Notes: generated by a model not told the origin, from the sequence alone. A stretch of 63,797 nt of DNA, filler included, from Bacteroidales bacterium (GCA_035389045.1; 3 parts of 3 records of this genome joined end to end with filler, not necessarily neighbours in it), one strand, 5' to 3'; positions 39,948 to 50,267 are shown, counted from the first letter of the whole stretch. Made by a program: numbers and translations.

Positions 39948-40829
39948 ATGATGATCAAAGGTGCATATACATTATTAATTACTCCGTTCAGACCGGATCT
40001 GACCCTCGACGAAGAAGGACTGAGAATCCTGGTGCAGCGGCAATTAGATTCAGGTATCCAGGGCATTGCGCCACTGGGGGTCACGGGAGAGAACACCCTG
40101 ATGACCGATCAGGAAGTATACCGGGTAATAGAAATTGTTGCAGAAGTGGCCAAAGGGAAAGCCATGATCGCCCCGGACATCTGCAGCACCAGTTTATGGG
40201 AAGCCAAGGAACGGGTACAGCGTTTTATTGACCTGGGCAGTGATTACATATGTGTTTTTACGCCATATTTTGTTTTGCCCAAACAGGAGGGGCTGATAGC
40301 GTTCTATGAGCAACTGGCTGATTTTTCGCGCGTTCCTATATTACTTCACAATGCTCCGGAAAGAACCGGTGTGGATCTTTTACCCGAAACAACAGGGTAT
40401 CTGGCAAAGCACCCGAATATTATCGGTATCAAGGACGGCAACAAAAAACTTGACCATTTGGCCAAAATTCTGCACCTGACCAGAAATGAAGATTTCTGTG
40501 TGTTTACGGGAAAAGATACTACTGCCTATCCCCTGATTTCTTTTGGCGGGGCAGGAACTTTTACCGTGGCCGGAAATGTTATTCCTGAAGTAATGAAAAA
40601 ACTGACAGGGCATGCCTTAGCCGGCGAAATGAACGAAGCAGCAGAGCTGCACTACAGCTATTATGACCTTTTTGAAGCATTCCGTTTCGAGTCCAATCCC
40701 ATGGCCGCCAAAATGGCCCTGAACCTTATGGGGCTGCCTGCAGGAGGTCACCGTTGCCCGCTTACACCGCTCAGCGAAGAAAAAACCAATAAACTGAAAC
40801 TATTAATGCAAAAAAAAGGCTTGCTATGA
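39948..40829 (+). CDS. DapA/NAL-family class I aldolase-like protein with a non-canonical active site
   Basis: Colinear with DHDPS (ITPF, GxTGE, TPY, RTG, IIGIKD, ESNP) but V44/F107/H133. TATGTTTG promoter at 39913-39920 argues against the TTG start at 39918. Confidence 0.85.
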   Translation: MMIKGAYTLLITPFRPDLTLDEEGLRILVQRQLDSGIQGIAPLGVTGENTLMTDQEVYRVIEIVAEVAKGKAMIAPDICSTSLWEAKERVQRFIDLGSDYICVFTPYFVLPKQEGLIAFYEQLADFSRVPILLHNAPERTGVDLLPETTGYLAKHPNIIGIKDGNKKLDHLAKILHLTRNEDFCVFTGKDTTAYPLISFGGAGTFTVAGNVIPEVMKKLTGHALAGEMNEAAELHYSYYDLFEAFRFESNPMAAKMALNLMGLPAGGHRCPLTPLSEEKTNKLKLLMQKKGLL

Positions 40830-41746
40830 ACACAATAAGATTAAGAGGGCCTGCCACCAGCGCCAACGTCGGACCGGGATATGACATTTTTGCAATGGCG
40901 TTGAAAGAGCCTCATGATGAAATAATGCTTGAACTTACCGATGATAATAAGATTACCATTGAAGTGGCCGGTAACCACCAAACCATTGTACCACTGAAAG
41001 TTGAAGATAATACAGCAGGATTGGCTGTGATGGAATTTAAAAAAAGATATCGCCTTGATACCGGTGTCAAAATCACGATCACCAAATGCATGACATCGGG
41101 ATGCGGTTTAGGCACTACAGGAGCTTCGGCGGCTTCGGCCGTTTTCGGGCTGAACAGTTTGCTTGGGATGAATTTATCTTCAAACGAACTAATTGATATT
41201 GCACGCATGGGCGAAGTTGCTTCCGGTGGTTCCCCTCACGCAGACAATGTGGCTGCTGCTATGCTGGGAGGTTTTGTACTGGTTCAGAATTATCACCCCA
41301 TTGATGTCTTAAAACTTGAAATGCCTGAATTTCCTGTTGTGCTGGCCGTCATTCAGAAGAGCCAGCGGACCACTAGGGGTTTCATCACCTATGAAATCGG
41401 GCAGGAAAAATTAAAAGACCAGATGGCACGCTGCGCCAGCGTCATCCATGGTATACTCACCAAAGACCTGGAAGAATTCGGGCGCGCGGTTTCGGTGGAC
41501 CATATTGCAGAACCAGTCCGTTCTGCCGCAATACTGAATTACCATGAAACAAAAAAAGAGATACTGAACGCCGGAGCTTACGGCACCAACGTAAGCGGGG
41601 GCGGTTCGTCGGTTTTTGCTGTTTGTGAAGCATCGTTACAGGATGAGATCGCGGAAATCATGGAAAGAGGATTAAGCCCAAACCCCAATTTCGTAAAAGT
41701 GATAAAAACTACAACCAGTAACACCGGCGTAAGGATTATCGAATGA
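40826..41746 (+). CDS. Homoserine-kinase-like GHMP kinase (divergent)
   Basis: PATSANVGPGYD, GCGLGTTGASA, HADNVAAAMLGG, EPVR, SGGGSS. Confidence 0.85.
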   Translation: MNTIRLRGPATSANVGPGYDIFAMALKEPHDEIMLELTDDNKITIEVAGNHQTIVPLKVEDNTAGLAVMEFKKRYRLDTGVKITITKCMTSGCGLGTTGASAASAVFGLNSLLGMNLSSNELIDIARMGEVASGGSPHADNVAAAMLGGFVLVQNYHPIDVLKLEMPEFPVVLAVIQKSQRTTRGFITYEIGQEKLKDQMARCASVIHGILTKDLEEFGRAVSVDHIAEPVRSAAILNYHETKKEILNAGAYGTNVSGGGSSVFAVCEASLQDEIAEIMERGLSPNPNFVKVIKTTTSNTGVRIIE

Positions 41747-42507
41747 AAATCGACTTCAGCGGCAAGACGGTTCTGATTACAGGCGCCTCACGCGGTATAG
41801 GCAGGGCCACAGCGGTTAAATTTGCCGAATGTGGTGCCAATGTGGTCGTTCATTACAAAGAATATAGCGGCGGCGCACTGAAAACATTATCCTTATTAGC
41901 TGAGGGAAAACATTTGCTGATGAAAGCCGACCTGACAGACCCTGTACAAATAGAAAACCTGGTAACTAAATCCATCAGAAAAACCGGAAGAATAGATGTG
42001 CTGGTCAACAATGCCGGCATATACAAGCAATGCGATATGCGCGGATGTTCCTTTGCCGAATGGCAGAAAAATTTTGATGAAACCTTAAAAACAAATATCT
42101 ACGGCCCTGCCCATCTCTCCTTTCTTATTGGCAAACATATGGCCGGCAAAGGCGGAGGCAAAATAATCAATGTTTCATCCAGAGGGGCATTCAGAGGCGA
42201 GCCCCTGGCGCCAGCTTACGGTGCCAGCAAAGCCGCACTGAATCAGTTCAGCCAGTCGATGGCCTGCCTGATGGCGCCGGAAAATGTGTTTGTTTATGTG
42301 GTAGCACCCGGTTTTGTTGAAACTGACATGTCGAAACATATATTAAAAAGTGAGGCGGGAGTTGATATAAGAAGACAAAGCCCCCTGAACCGTGTGGCCA
42401 GACCAGAAGAGATCGCCAATACCATTCTCCTCCTTGCATCCGACCATACGGAATTCCTGACCGGTGGGATCATAGATATCAATGGTGCATCATATCTGAG
42501 GAGCTGA
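41743..42507 (+). CDS. Short-chain dehydrogenase/reductase
   Basis: TGASRGIG, NNAG, YGASK, APGFVET. Confidence 0.93.
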   Translation: MKIDFSGKTVLITGASRGIGRATAVKFAECGANVVVHYKEYSGGALKTLSLLAEGKHLLMKADLTDPVQIENLVTKSIRKTGRIDVLVNNAGIYKQCDMRGCSFAEWQKNFDETLKTNIYGPAHLSFLIGKHMAGKGGGKIINVSSRGAFRGEPLAPAYGASKAALNQFSQSMACLMAPENVFVYVVAPGFVETDMSKHILKSEAGVDIRRQSPLNRVARPEEIANTILLLASDHTEFLTGGIIDINGASYLRS

Positions 42508-42533
42508 TGCTATGTTAGCGTGATCAAAAACGA

Positions 42534-44291
42534 TCAGAAATTATTGATATAACCAAAATGAATTTTTGACTGTCTGAACGTTATGGGCTGGCTGAACTGG
42601 CTTCCCAAAGCATAGTATATCGAGAACATCCCGATCTTTGTATCGAACGAAAGTCCAGCGCCAAAGCCATACGGAATGTCATGCACAAATTCATTATGGG
42701 TACGTTTTTCGTAATAGGCGCCATTGGCAAAAACAGCAAAAAATGAATTCCGCTCAAACAAATACCGGAACTCTAAAGAAAACATATTGTAATATGAAAC
42801 AAGAATAGATTCCTCATCGAACCCCCGGAGTGAGTTAAGCCCGCCCAAACGGAACAACTCATTAGCAAAAATACGGTTATTAACAATATATCCGTTACGG
42901 CTAACGAACAGAAACGTCATTTTCCTGAACACCGGAATAAACAAACTGCCATTGATCAAAAACCTGTACTGGGAAGATCTGAGGCGTATGCTGTCGTATA
43001 CTATGCTGTTGACCGACGAGTTCTTTCTGATTTTCTTTATCCCTCCGGCAAACGAAAAATGTATCTGATGCCCTTTACGGGGATTGAGCCGGTAATCATA
43101 AACCTCCCGGAAAAACTCAATTCCGAACAGATCGGAAGAAATATCAGCATAATCAGGCAACACGGTTATCGTCTCCAATCCATTGACACTCAGCAGGTCA
43201 GACCGGTAGATATCCGCAAAGACCTTCAGAAAGTTATTTCCGGTAAAAAAATACTGGACTCCGGCATTATGATTTAAAGTTAAATAGCTGGTATCCTGTT
43301 TGTACAGGGTAAACTTATAATTTATACCAAATGGTGTAGAAAACAGATAAGGATATGCCAGGGTAAGTTTCAAATCCTGTGTGCCTTTAGTGATGCTTCG
43401 CCAGTTAAGGTCGATGAGTTCGCCCCTTCCGAAAGCATTAAGCAGCGATAGTTTGAGTTCCCCGTTAATTAATAACTTGCCGGTAGTCTTGTTGTCGGGC
43501 AAAACTCCTAAAATACCATAAAAGCTACTTGCTTTCTTTTTATCTGCATATATAAATATTTTTGCTTTGTTTTCAGTAAATAATATTTCCACCGGCTTGA
43601 TTACCGTGACAAAAGGAAGGTCTCTGAGTTTCCGGTCAGCTTTACTGATAATGGATTCGTTGTAAAGGCTCCCTGTTTTTACAGATAAATAGCTTTTCAA
43701 ATATCCCGGAGCAATTTTTGAATTTCCCTTGAGTATAATGCTGTCAACAAGCACTTTATTGTTACGTTGAAAATTGATGACGGCATCAATCCTGTTATCA
43801 TTTATCTGAACACTGTCCAATCGGAACTCCGCAAAAGGATATCCGTTATTTTCAGAGTATTCAAGTAATTTTTCCGACAATTTTATGATCTCATCATAAT
43901 TGAATGGTTTTCCTGAAAATTGCTGTGCGCGAAAATTTATTTCGTTGGACAAGTACTTGTCTAAGTTTCCTTTACGTAAACTTTTGAACGTATATTTCTT
44001 TCCTATTGTTAAAAAAGCATCTACCCTGGCTGAATCGGTTTTCAGACTATCTATCCGTGCGGCCAGAAAACCCTGTTTGTAAAGGTATGCCAGCAGGTCA
44101 TTCGCACCGTTCAGGGCATCGTTTCTTGTAACATATTGTTTTTCAACATGTGAGCGCTGGATTATTTTTTCAGAGCTATCGTTTGAAATAATGTTCAATG
44201 TGACATTTTTCTGGGCATACACAGGCCCTGCCAGTATAATTCCTATTAAAAGAAAACTGTATCGGACATAAAAGAGAAAAATATTCGGCAT
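42534..44291 (-). CDS. BamA/TamA (Omp85)-family POTRA plus beta-barrel protein
   Basis: ENNGYPFA, FRLGGLNSLRGFDE, C-terminal KIHFGYINNF. Confidence 0.85.
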   Translation of the reverse strand: MPNIFLFYVRYSFLLIGIILAGPVYAQKNVTLNIISNDSSEKIIQRSHVEKQYVTRNDALNGANDLLAYLYKQGFLAARIDSLKTDSARVDAFLTIGKKYTFKSLRKGNLDKYLSNEINFRAQQFSGKPFNYDEIIKLSEKLLEYSENNGYPFAEFRLDSVQINDNRIDAVINFQRNNKVLVDSIILKGNSKIAPGYLKSYLSVKTGSLYNESIISKADRKLRDLPFVTVIKPVEILFTENKAKIFIYADKKKASSFYGILGVLPDNKTTGKLLINGELKLSLLNAFGRGELIDLNWRSITKGTQDLKLTLAYPYLFSTPFGINYKFTLYKQDTSYLTLNHNAGVQYFFTGNNFLKVFADIYRSDLLSVNGLETITVLPDYADISSDLFGIEFFREVYDYRLNPRKGHQIHFSFAGGIKKIRKNSSVNSIVYDSIRLRSSQYRFLINGSLFIPVFRKMTFLFVSRNGYIVNNRIFANELFRLGGLNSLRGFDEESILVSYYNMFSLEFRYLFERNSFFAVFANGAYYEKRTHNEFVHDIPYGFGAGLSFDTKIGMFSIYYALGSQFSQPITFRQSKIHFGYINNF

Positions 44292-44324
44292 AGGTTTCCC
44301 TGAAAAAATCAAATTTAGCAAATT

Positions 44325-45005
44325 TTATCCGATTGACCAGTCAATTTCTGCTTTACCTGTATTACGGAGAATCTCATTAGCCTTTGAAAAATGCCGGCAT
44401 CCGAAAAAACCGCTGTACGCTGAATAAGGCGAAGGATGAGCCGCTTTCAGAATATAATGTTTACCGGTATCTATCAATGATTCTTTGCTTTGAGCAAATT
44501 TGCCCCAGAGCAGAAAAACCAGCCCCTGTTTGTTATCGGACAATTTTTTTATCACGGCATCGGTAAAAATATGCCATCCGTAGTTCTGATGTGAATTAGG
44601 GGTATTGGCCCTCACCGATAGCGAAGCATTTAGTAATAACACGCCCTGATCTGCCCATTTTTCGAGGTTCCCTGACACAGGCACAGGAATTCCCATGTCG
44701 GTATTCAATTCCTTAAAGATATTCTCCAGCGACGGAGGTTTACGAATACCATCCGACACAGAAAAACACAGTCCGTTAGCCTGACCCTGTCCATGATAAG
44801 GATCCTGCCCGATGATGACAACCTTGACCGCATCAAAAGGGGTACGGTTGAAGGCCGAAAACATCAGCATCCCGGGCGGATAAACCACATAATTTTTTTT
44901 CTCTTCAACAAGACGCTCTCTGAGCTGCAAAAAATAACCGGCATTGAATTCATCCATAAGGATTTGCCTCCAACTTTCTTCAATATGGGGTTTAATTTCT
45001 GTCAT
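44325..45005 (-). CDS. ung: Uracil-DNA glycosylase
   Basis: GQDPYH, GVLLLN, HPSP. Confidence 0.98.
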   Translation of the reverse strand: MTEIKPHIEESWRQILMDEFNAGYFLQLRERLVEEKKNYVVYPPGMLMFSAFNRTPFDAVKVVIIGQDPYHGQGQANGLCFSVSDGIRKPPSLENIFKELNTDMGIPVPVSGNLEKWADQGVLLLNASLSVRANTPNSHQNYGWHIFTDAVIKKLSDNKQGLVFLLWGKFAQSKESLIDTGKHYILKAAHPSPYSAYSGFFGCRHFSKANEILRNTGKAEIDWSIG

Positions 45006-45152
45006 AGAATAATTTTTAGCGTAAAAATAACGTTATTAATCTGCAAAATTATATTGTTCAACATAAAATTGTTAATAAGTTTCATCCGGAAGGCTATATA
45101 TTATATTGGATTTTTTCATTAATTTTGTCAAAATTAAATTTGTTAACCAACG

Positions 45153-45272
45153 ATGAAAAAAATTATTGCATTGCTTGTACTGATTATTATGGTTATCATT
45201 GCCTTTGCAGCTTGCAAAACTCCGGTACACTGCGACGCATACAAATCACACCGAACCCACTCAAAATACTAA
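45153..45272 (+). CDS. 39-aa micro-lipoprotein (not in the ORF track)
   Basis: MKKIIALLVLIIMVIIAFAA-CKTPVHCDAYKSHRTHSKY; lipoprotein-type Cys21. Confidence 0.75.
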   Translation: MKKIIALLVLIIMVIIAFAACKTPVHCDAYKSHRTHSKY

Positions 45273-45277
45273 TCATA

Positions 45278-45409
45278 ATGAAAAAAACAATTTCAGTAAT
45301 CCTTTTATTAGTTGCCATGGCGATGATCATCTCATCGTGTGCCACAAGAGAACTTTGCCCTGCATACAGCAAAGCAGAGAAAAAAGCTGCCACTGAAAAA
45401 AGAGTGTAG
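45278..45409 (+). CDS. 43-aa micro-lipoprotein
   Basis: MKKTISVILLLVAMAMIISS-CATRELCPAYSKAEKKAATEKRV; lipoprotein-type Cys21. Confidence 0.8.
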   Translation: MKKTISVILLLVAMAMIISSCATRELCPAYSKAEKKAATEKRV

Positions 45410-45491
45410 TTTATTTATCTTCAGGTTGCAGAACAAGAATTATCTTTATAATTCTGCTTCTTTTTCGATATCTTTGTATAAACCTTTTCTC

Positions 45492-46241
45492 ATGGATTTT
45501 TCCCGGAAAATATTGATTCTTACTATATTTATCTTGTCCGGTTCCATGGTTTTTTCCCAATCCGAATCCAATTTAGATAATAAAATTCTGTACCGTAAAG
45601 AACGTTCCGGTTTTCTGATGGTTCATTCCGGCGGTTTTGGACTTGGATACCGTTCCGGCAAACATAAAACCTATTTCCGGAAGTTTATGTGGGAAGTCGA
45701 GGGATTAAACCTGAAGCATCCCAAAGAATATAAAGTATCTTCATATTATCAGAATTCAAAAAATTTTTCCTACGGGAAACTGAATAACTTTTTTGCAGTC
45801 CGCGGAGGCGTGGGACAACAGCATATATTAAACGGCAAACCTTACTGGGGAGGTGTTGAATTACGACTGTTTTATTTCGGCGGACTTTCCCTTGGTATAG
45901 CCAAGCCTATTTATTTATACATTGTAAAATTTGACGAAACTACAGGCCAGTCTTACCTCGAACTGGAACGGTTTGATCCTGACCTGCATTATGTTACCGA
46001 CATTTTTGGCAAAGGGCCCTTTTTCAAGGGTTTTAACAAAATGGGATTCTATCCCGGTATTTATGCAAAAATAGGTCTGAGTTTTGAATACGGGGCCGAG
46101 GATACGTTCCTGAAATCGCTGGAGTGCGGAGTTTTTGCAGATTGTTTTTACCGTAATGTTCCGATCATGGCTTACCAGAAAAACCAGTTTTTATTCACTA
46201 ATGTATACCTGAGCCTGCATTTCGGAAAAAGAATGAATTGA
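45492..46241 (+). CDS. Conserved hypothetical outer-membrane beta-barrel-like protein
   Basis: Signal peptide from ATG 45492, KHPKE and YGKLN motifs, ends LSLHFGKRMN; TATCTTTG promoter at 45469-45476. Confidence 0.7.
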   Translation: MDFSRKILILTIFILSGSMVFSQSESNLDNKILYRKERSGFLMVHSGGFGLGYRSGKHKTYFRKFMWEVEGLNLKHPKEYKVSSYYQNSKNFSYGKLNNFFAVRGGVGQQHILNGKPYWGGVELRLFYFGGLSLGIAKPIYLYIVKFDETTGQSYLELERFDPDLHYVTDIFGKGPFFKGFNKMGFYPGIYAKIGLSFEYGAEDTFLKSLECGVFADCFYRNVPIMAYQKNQFLFTNVYLSLHFGKRMN

Positions 46242-46243
46242 GA

Positions 46244-47143
46244 ATGATGAACCCTTCACCTGTAAAACCTCAGCGTAAACCGGAATGGCTAAGAATTAAA
46301 CTACCTGCCGTCAATGATTATTCCTACATAAAAGAATATCTGTCAGCTTTTGGGCTACATACCATCTGCGAAAGCGGCAAGTGTCCGAATATTGCCGAAT
46401 GTTGGGAATCGAAAACGGCAACTTTTATGATATTGGGCGACCGTTGTACCAGAAATTGCAGTTTCTGTGCCGTAAGCAAAGCTCATCCTCTGCCGGTTGA
46501 CCTTCAGGAGCCCCAAAAACTCGCCACCGTCATTAAAAATATTGGTTTAAAACACTGTGTACTCACTTCGGTAACACGCGACGACCTGGATGACGGAGGG
46601 GCCGGACTGTGGCATGATACCATTGTGGCCATCAAAGAGCAAAATCCGGGAATTTCTATCGAAGCGCTGGTTCCCGATTTCAATGGCAACAGACAAAGCA
46701 TTGATACCGTGATACGGTCAAAACCGGATATACTATCACACAATCTGGAAACGGTGAGCAGGCTGACCCCGGCCATCCGGATCAAAGCGAGGTACCACCT
46801 CAGCCTTGAGTTGCTGAAGTATGTTGCCGCTTCGGGCATAACTGCAAAATCAGGTATTATGCTTGGGCTGGGCGAAACCCCCGAAGAGATCTATGAAACC
46901 ATGGACGACCTGTTGAACGCCGACTGCAGTATCATAACTATAGGGCAATACCTGCAGCCGTCAAAGAAAAACCATCCGGTTGAAAAGTATTATTCTCCGG
47001 CTGAATTTGAACAACTTAAATCCGTGGCGCTTGAAAAAGGATTTGTCGCAGCGGAATCCGGCCCCCTGGTCCGTTCATCGTATCATGCCATAAGGCATTT
47101 AGATGCCCGGAAAAATGTTCAACCGATAACTGGAAAAAAATGA
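46244..47143 (+). CDS. lipA: Lipoyl synthase
   Basis: CESGKCPNIAEC, CTRNCSFC, HNLETV, GQYLQP, PLVRSSY. Confidence 0.98.
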   Translation: MMNPSPVKPQRKPEWLRIKLPAVNDYSYIKEYLSAFGLHTICESGKCPNIAECWESKTATFMILGDRCTRNCSFCAVSKAHPLPVDLQEPQKLATVIKNIGLKHCVLTSVTRDDLDDGGAGLWHDTIVAIKEQNPGISIEALVPDFNGNRQSIDTVIRSKPDILSHNLETVSRLTPAIRIKARYHLSLELLKYVAASGITAKSGIMLGLGETPEEIYETMDDLLNADCSIITIGQYLQPSKKNHPVEKYYSPAEFEQLKSVALEKGFVAAESGPLVRSSYHAIRHLDARKNVQPITGKK

Positions 47144-47337
47144 CCTTATTCTGATTTGATGCATGGGTAATTCATATTTTTCTTTAATTTTGATAGAAAG
47201 TAAAAAATAATGATGAAAAATGATTTTTTTTTGGAAAAAAAATGAAACTGATACGATAAAAAGCCGTATCTTGCGCCGTTTTTTACATATTAATAAATCT
47301 TAATACATAATTAATTAATAATAAATAATATAGACTC

Positions 47338-50187
47338 ATGAAAAGGAAAAAATTACTATTTGGAGCCGGATTTTTAGGTATAGTGATTGCATTTGTTTTT
47401 GTTTCGGTGTACATTGGAAATGCTGAAAGAAGGTATAATCCTAAGAATTCAGTTTATTACAAAGAGATTAAAGGTGCCATGGATTGGCTGGCTTCCATAA
47501 GGAACAACCAGGTTTCCGGCGAATTAAATTTTGCCGATGTGTTAAAAGCCCGTAAGCAGATTGCCCAATTAAGCCATGAAAAATCCATTGGAATACAATG
47601 GGAAGAAGCAGGCCCCAACAATGTCGGAGGACGTACCCGAGCCATTCTGATTGATAAAAACAACAGCAATCTGATTTATGCCGGCGGTGTTTCCGGTGGC
47701 TTGTTCAAAACCACCACCGGAGGAACTTCATGGGAACCGTTACCGGGTATGACTGAAGTAAATATTTCGTGCATAGCTCAAAGCCCGATCACAGGATATC
47801 TGTATGTCGGAACCGGCGAATGGTTCGCCAATCCTGACGGGATAAGCGGCACACCCGGTTTCCTCGGCAGCGGATTATATGAATCAACGGACGGAGGAGC
47901 CACCTGGCATATTTTTCATAATGCCCAGCCGGCAGCTACCAACACCACATCAGACACCTGGGCATTCGTTAACCGTATTGCTTTCGATCCCGTCACAGGC
48001 CGGCTCTATGCTGCCACCCACAAAGGCCTGAGATATTGGGATGACGCCCACAACAAATGGGTTAACCCTATTAATCTCACAGCATCTATTCCCAACGTTA
48101 ACCGTTGCGACTGCGTGGTGGTCGGCAGCGACAGAACGGTGGCGGCTGTAGTAGGCAATGTCGTGAAAGTTTCTGTTGGCGGAGCAGGAAACGGTGACTC
48201 TGCGACGTATGCAGACAAGAACCCTTTTTCTGGTAACAGGACAGAACTTGCTATTGCTCCTTCCAACCCGGATATTTTTTACGCTATTGTTTCTGTAGCC
48301 TCCGGTCAGGGCGCCAACGGAAAACTCAAGAATGTGTACCGTTCAACCAACAAAGGTGATACCTGGACCGTTATCGGCCCCGGTGGTTCTCAGGCATTTA
48401 ATTTATTCGGTTCTAACGACCAGGGCACCTATGACAATGTCATTGCTGTTAATCCCGTCAACCCCAACCAGATTTTTGTGGGTGGAATAGTTGTATGGGA
48501 ATGGCATCTGGGTTCCAGTTTTACACAGATAACTTCGGGCGATGATGCCATTGATGTTCATGTGGATATGCATGCCATTGTCTTTGATCCCAAGAATCCG
48601 AATGTTTTTTATGTAGGATCTGATGGCGGCATAGGCAAAACAACCAATTTAGGACAATCGTTTATCACCATCAACAAGAATTATAACGTTACTCAGTTCT
48701 ATGCGGTGGCCATGAACGGCACCACAGGTATCATGGCGGGCACACAGGATAACAGTTGCCCTTACGTGAGCGGCACCGGTGTAGATCCTAAAAAAGGAAA
48801 GGTATTGTACCAGGGTGACGGCGGCTGGGCCGCTTTTTCTCTCCTTAATCCTGACGCTTTCTATGGTACCATGCAATGTGCAGATATCTGGCGTTCGGCT
48901 GATCGTGGTGTTACTTACCAGGCTGCTTCTGATGGACAGTTTATGAGCCCCACCATGATGGGAAGCAGCACTCCCGGTGAAGACAGCGGACCGTTTATCA
49001 CCCCCCTGGTCATGTGGGAAAGCTATAACAACACCTATAGTCCTGATTTTACCTGGTTTGTTGCCGATTCCAGCTATTCTGTCGGAGATCCTATCGTTGT
49101 GAAAAGTAAAAATAATGCGGTTCCTTTTTATTATGTATTAACTCCTGCCGACGGCAACCTCTCCGAAGGCGACTCACTGGCGGTGCAGGACATCGTGTCG
49201 TGCCACTATTTTGTTGGCACTTCATCAGGAGTATGGTTCACACGGGGCGCTTTACAATTCGGCATCATGCCGCAGTGGATGAATATTGCCAACATTGCTG
49301 ACCCGCACACTATGACCATTTCAAAGGATGGTAACTATCTGTTTGTTGGTACCATCGGGGGAGCCTTATACCGTATTTCAAATATTTTAGCCATTACAGA
49401 TACAGCCAGTGGTTGGTACAACAATCCTTTCTGTGTTGTCGAACGGGCGTTGATCAAAAGTTTCGGACAGGCCGTGACAAGTATTGCCATAGACCCGAAC
49501 AACCCGCAGCGATTAGTTGTTACCCTGGGTAATTATAGCAATTCAAGTTACGTATACTATTGTGAGAATGCCTTGGATCTTGCTCCGACCTTTGTTTCAA
49601 AACAGGGTTCTACCCCCAATAAAAAATTACCTGAAATGCCGGTATACAGCGCCATATTTGAAATGAACCATCCCAATATGGTTATCATCGGCACAGAATA
49701 TGGCATTTTTGCGACACAGGATATAACCAAAACAGCAGCCCTGATGGAATGGACGGAAGAAAACAACGGCATGGCCAGAGTACCGGTATTCATGATCAGG
49801 CAGCAGATATATAACTATCCGGGTGTTACTAATTATGGAGGCATTTACATAGGTACTCACGGGAAAGGTTTTTATAAAACAACTGATTATTTAGGTATTA
49901 ACGACAACCTCAGTTCAGCAGATTATACAACAGGAAATCTTTCGGTATACCCCAATCCTGCCACAGATTATGTCAATGTTTCCTATTCGCTGGTTACCAA
50001 GACAGCCGTCACCATTAAGGTGTTTGATATCAACGGACGCCTTGTCAAATTGGTTAATCTGTCGGAAAAACAAAGCGGCAATCAAATTGAAAAGATTGAA
50101 TGCGGTAATTTCTCAAGAGGAACTTACATTGTTCAGGTTCTGGCAGGCAACAGCAGCAAAACGTCAAAATTTGTTGTCACAAAATAA
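47338..50187 (+). CDS. T9SS type A cargo with BNR/Asp-box beta-propeller (VPS10/GH74-like)
   Basis: GPNNVGGRTRA, STDGGATW, HVDMH, GTQDN, GTHGKG; CTD VYPNPA...GTYIV...KFVVTK. Confidence 0.9.
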   Translation: MKRKKLLFGAGFLGIVIAFVFVSVYIGNAERRYNPKNSVYYKEIKGAMDWLASIRNNQVSGELNFADVLKARKQIAQLSHEKSIGIQWEEAGPNNVGGRTRAILIDKNNSNLIYAGGVSGGLFKTTTGGTSWEPLPGMTEVNISCIAQSPITGYLYVGTGEWFANPDGISGTPGFLGSGLYESTDGGATWHIFHNAQPAATNTTSDTWAFVNRIAFDPVTGRLYAATHKGLRYWDDAHNKWVNPINLTASIPNVNRCDCVVVGSDRTVAAVVGNVVKVSVGGAGNGDSATYADKNPFSGNRTELAIAPSNPDIFYAIVSVASGQGANGKLKNVYRSTNKGDTWTVIGPGGSQAFNLFGSNDQGTYDNVIAVNPVNPNQIFVGGIVVWEWHLGSSFTQITSGDDAIDVHVDMHAIVFDPKNPNVFYVGSDGGIGKTTNLGQSFITINKNYNVTQFYAVAMNGTTGIMAGTQDNSCPYVSGTGVDPKKGKVLYQGDGGWAAFSLLNPDAFYGTMQCADIWRSADRGVTYQAASDGQFMSPTMMGSSTPGEDSGPFITPLVMWESYNNTYSPDFTWFVADSSYSVGDPIVVKSKNNAVPFYYVLTPADGNLSEGDSLAVQDIVSCHYFVGTSSGVWFTRGALQFGIMPQWMNIANIADPHTMTISKDGNYLFVGTIGGALYRISNILAITDTASGWYNNPFCVVERALIKSFGQAVTSIAIDPNNPQRLVVTLGNYSNSSYVYYCENALDLAPTFVSKQGSTPNKKLPEMPVYSAIFEMNHPNMVIIGTEYGIFATQDITKTAALMEWTEENNGMARVPVFMIRQQIYNYPGVTNYGGIYIGTHGKGFYKTTDYLGINDNLSSADYTTGNLSVYPNPATDYVNVSYSLVTKTAVTIKVFDINGRLVKLVNLSEKQSGNQIEKIECGNFSRGTYIVQVLAGNSSKTSKFVVTK

Positions 50188-50192
50188 ATGTC

Positions 50193-50227
50193 AATGGCCT
50201 TGTATCAAATGATACAAGGCCATTTTT
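50193..50227 (+). terminator. Rho-independent terminator
   Basis: AATGGCCTTGTATCA / TGATACAAGGCCATT stem plus T run. Confidence 0.85.
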
Positions 50228-50267
50228 ATAACAAATACCCTATCATTAATTAATAAAAATATCGAAT

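Noticed and set aside
45125..45491. Long N-terminal extensions of ORFs 45125-45409 and 45339-46241
   Set aside because: Better explained by two micro-lipoproteins and an ATG at 45492 with its own -7 promoter.
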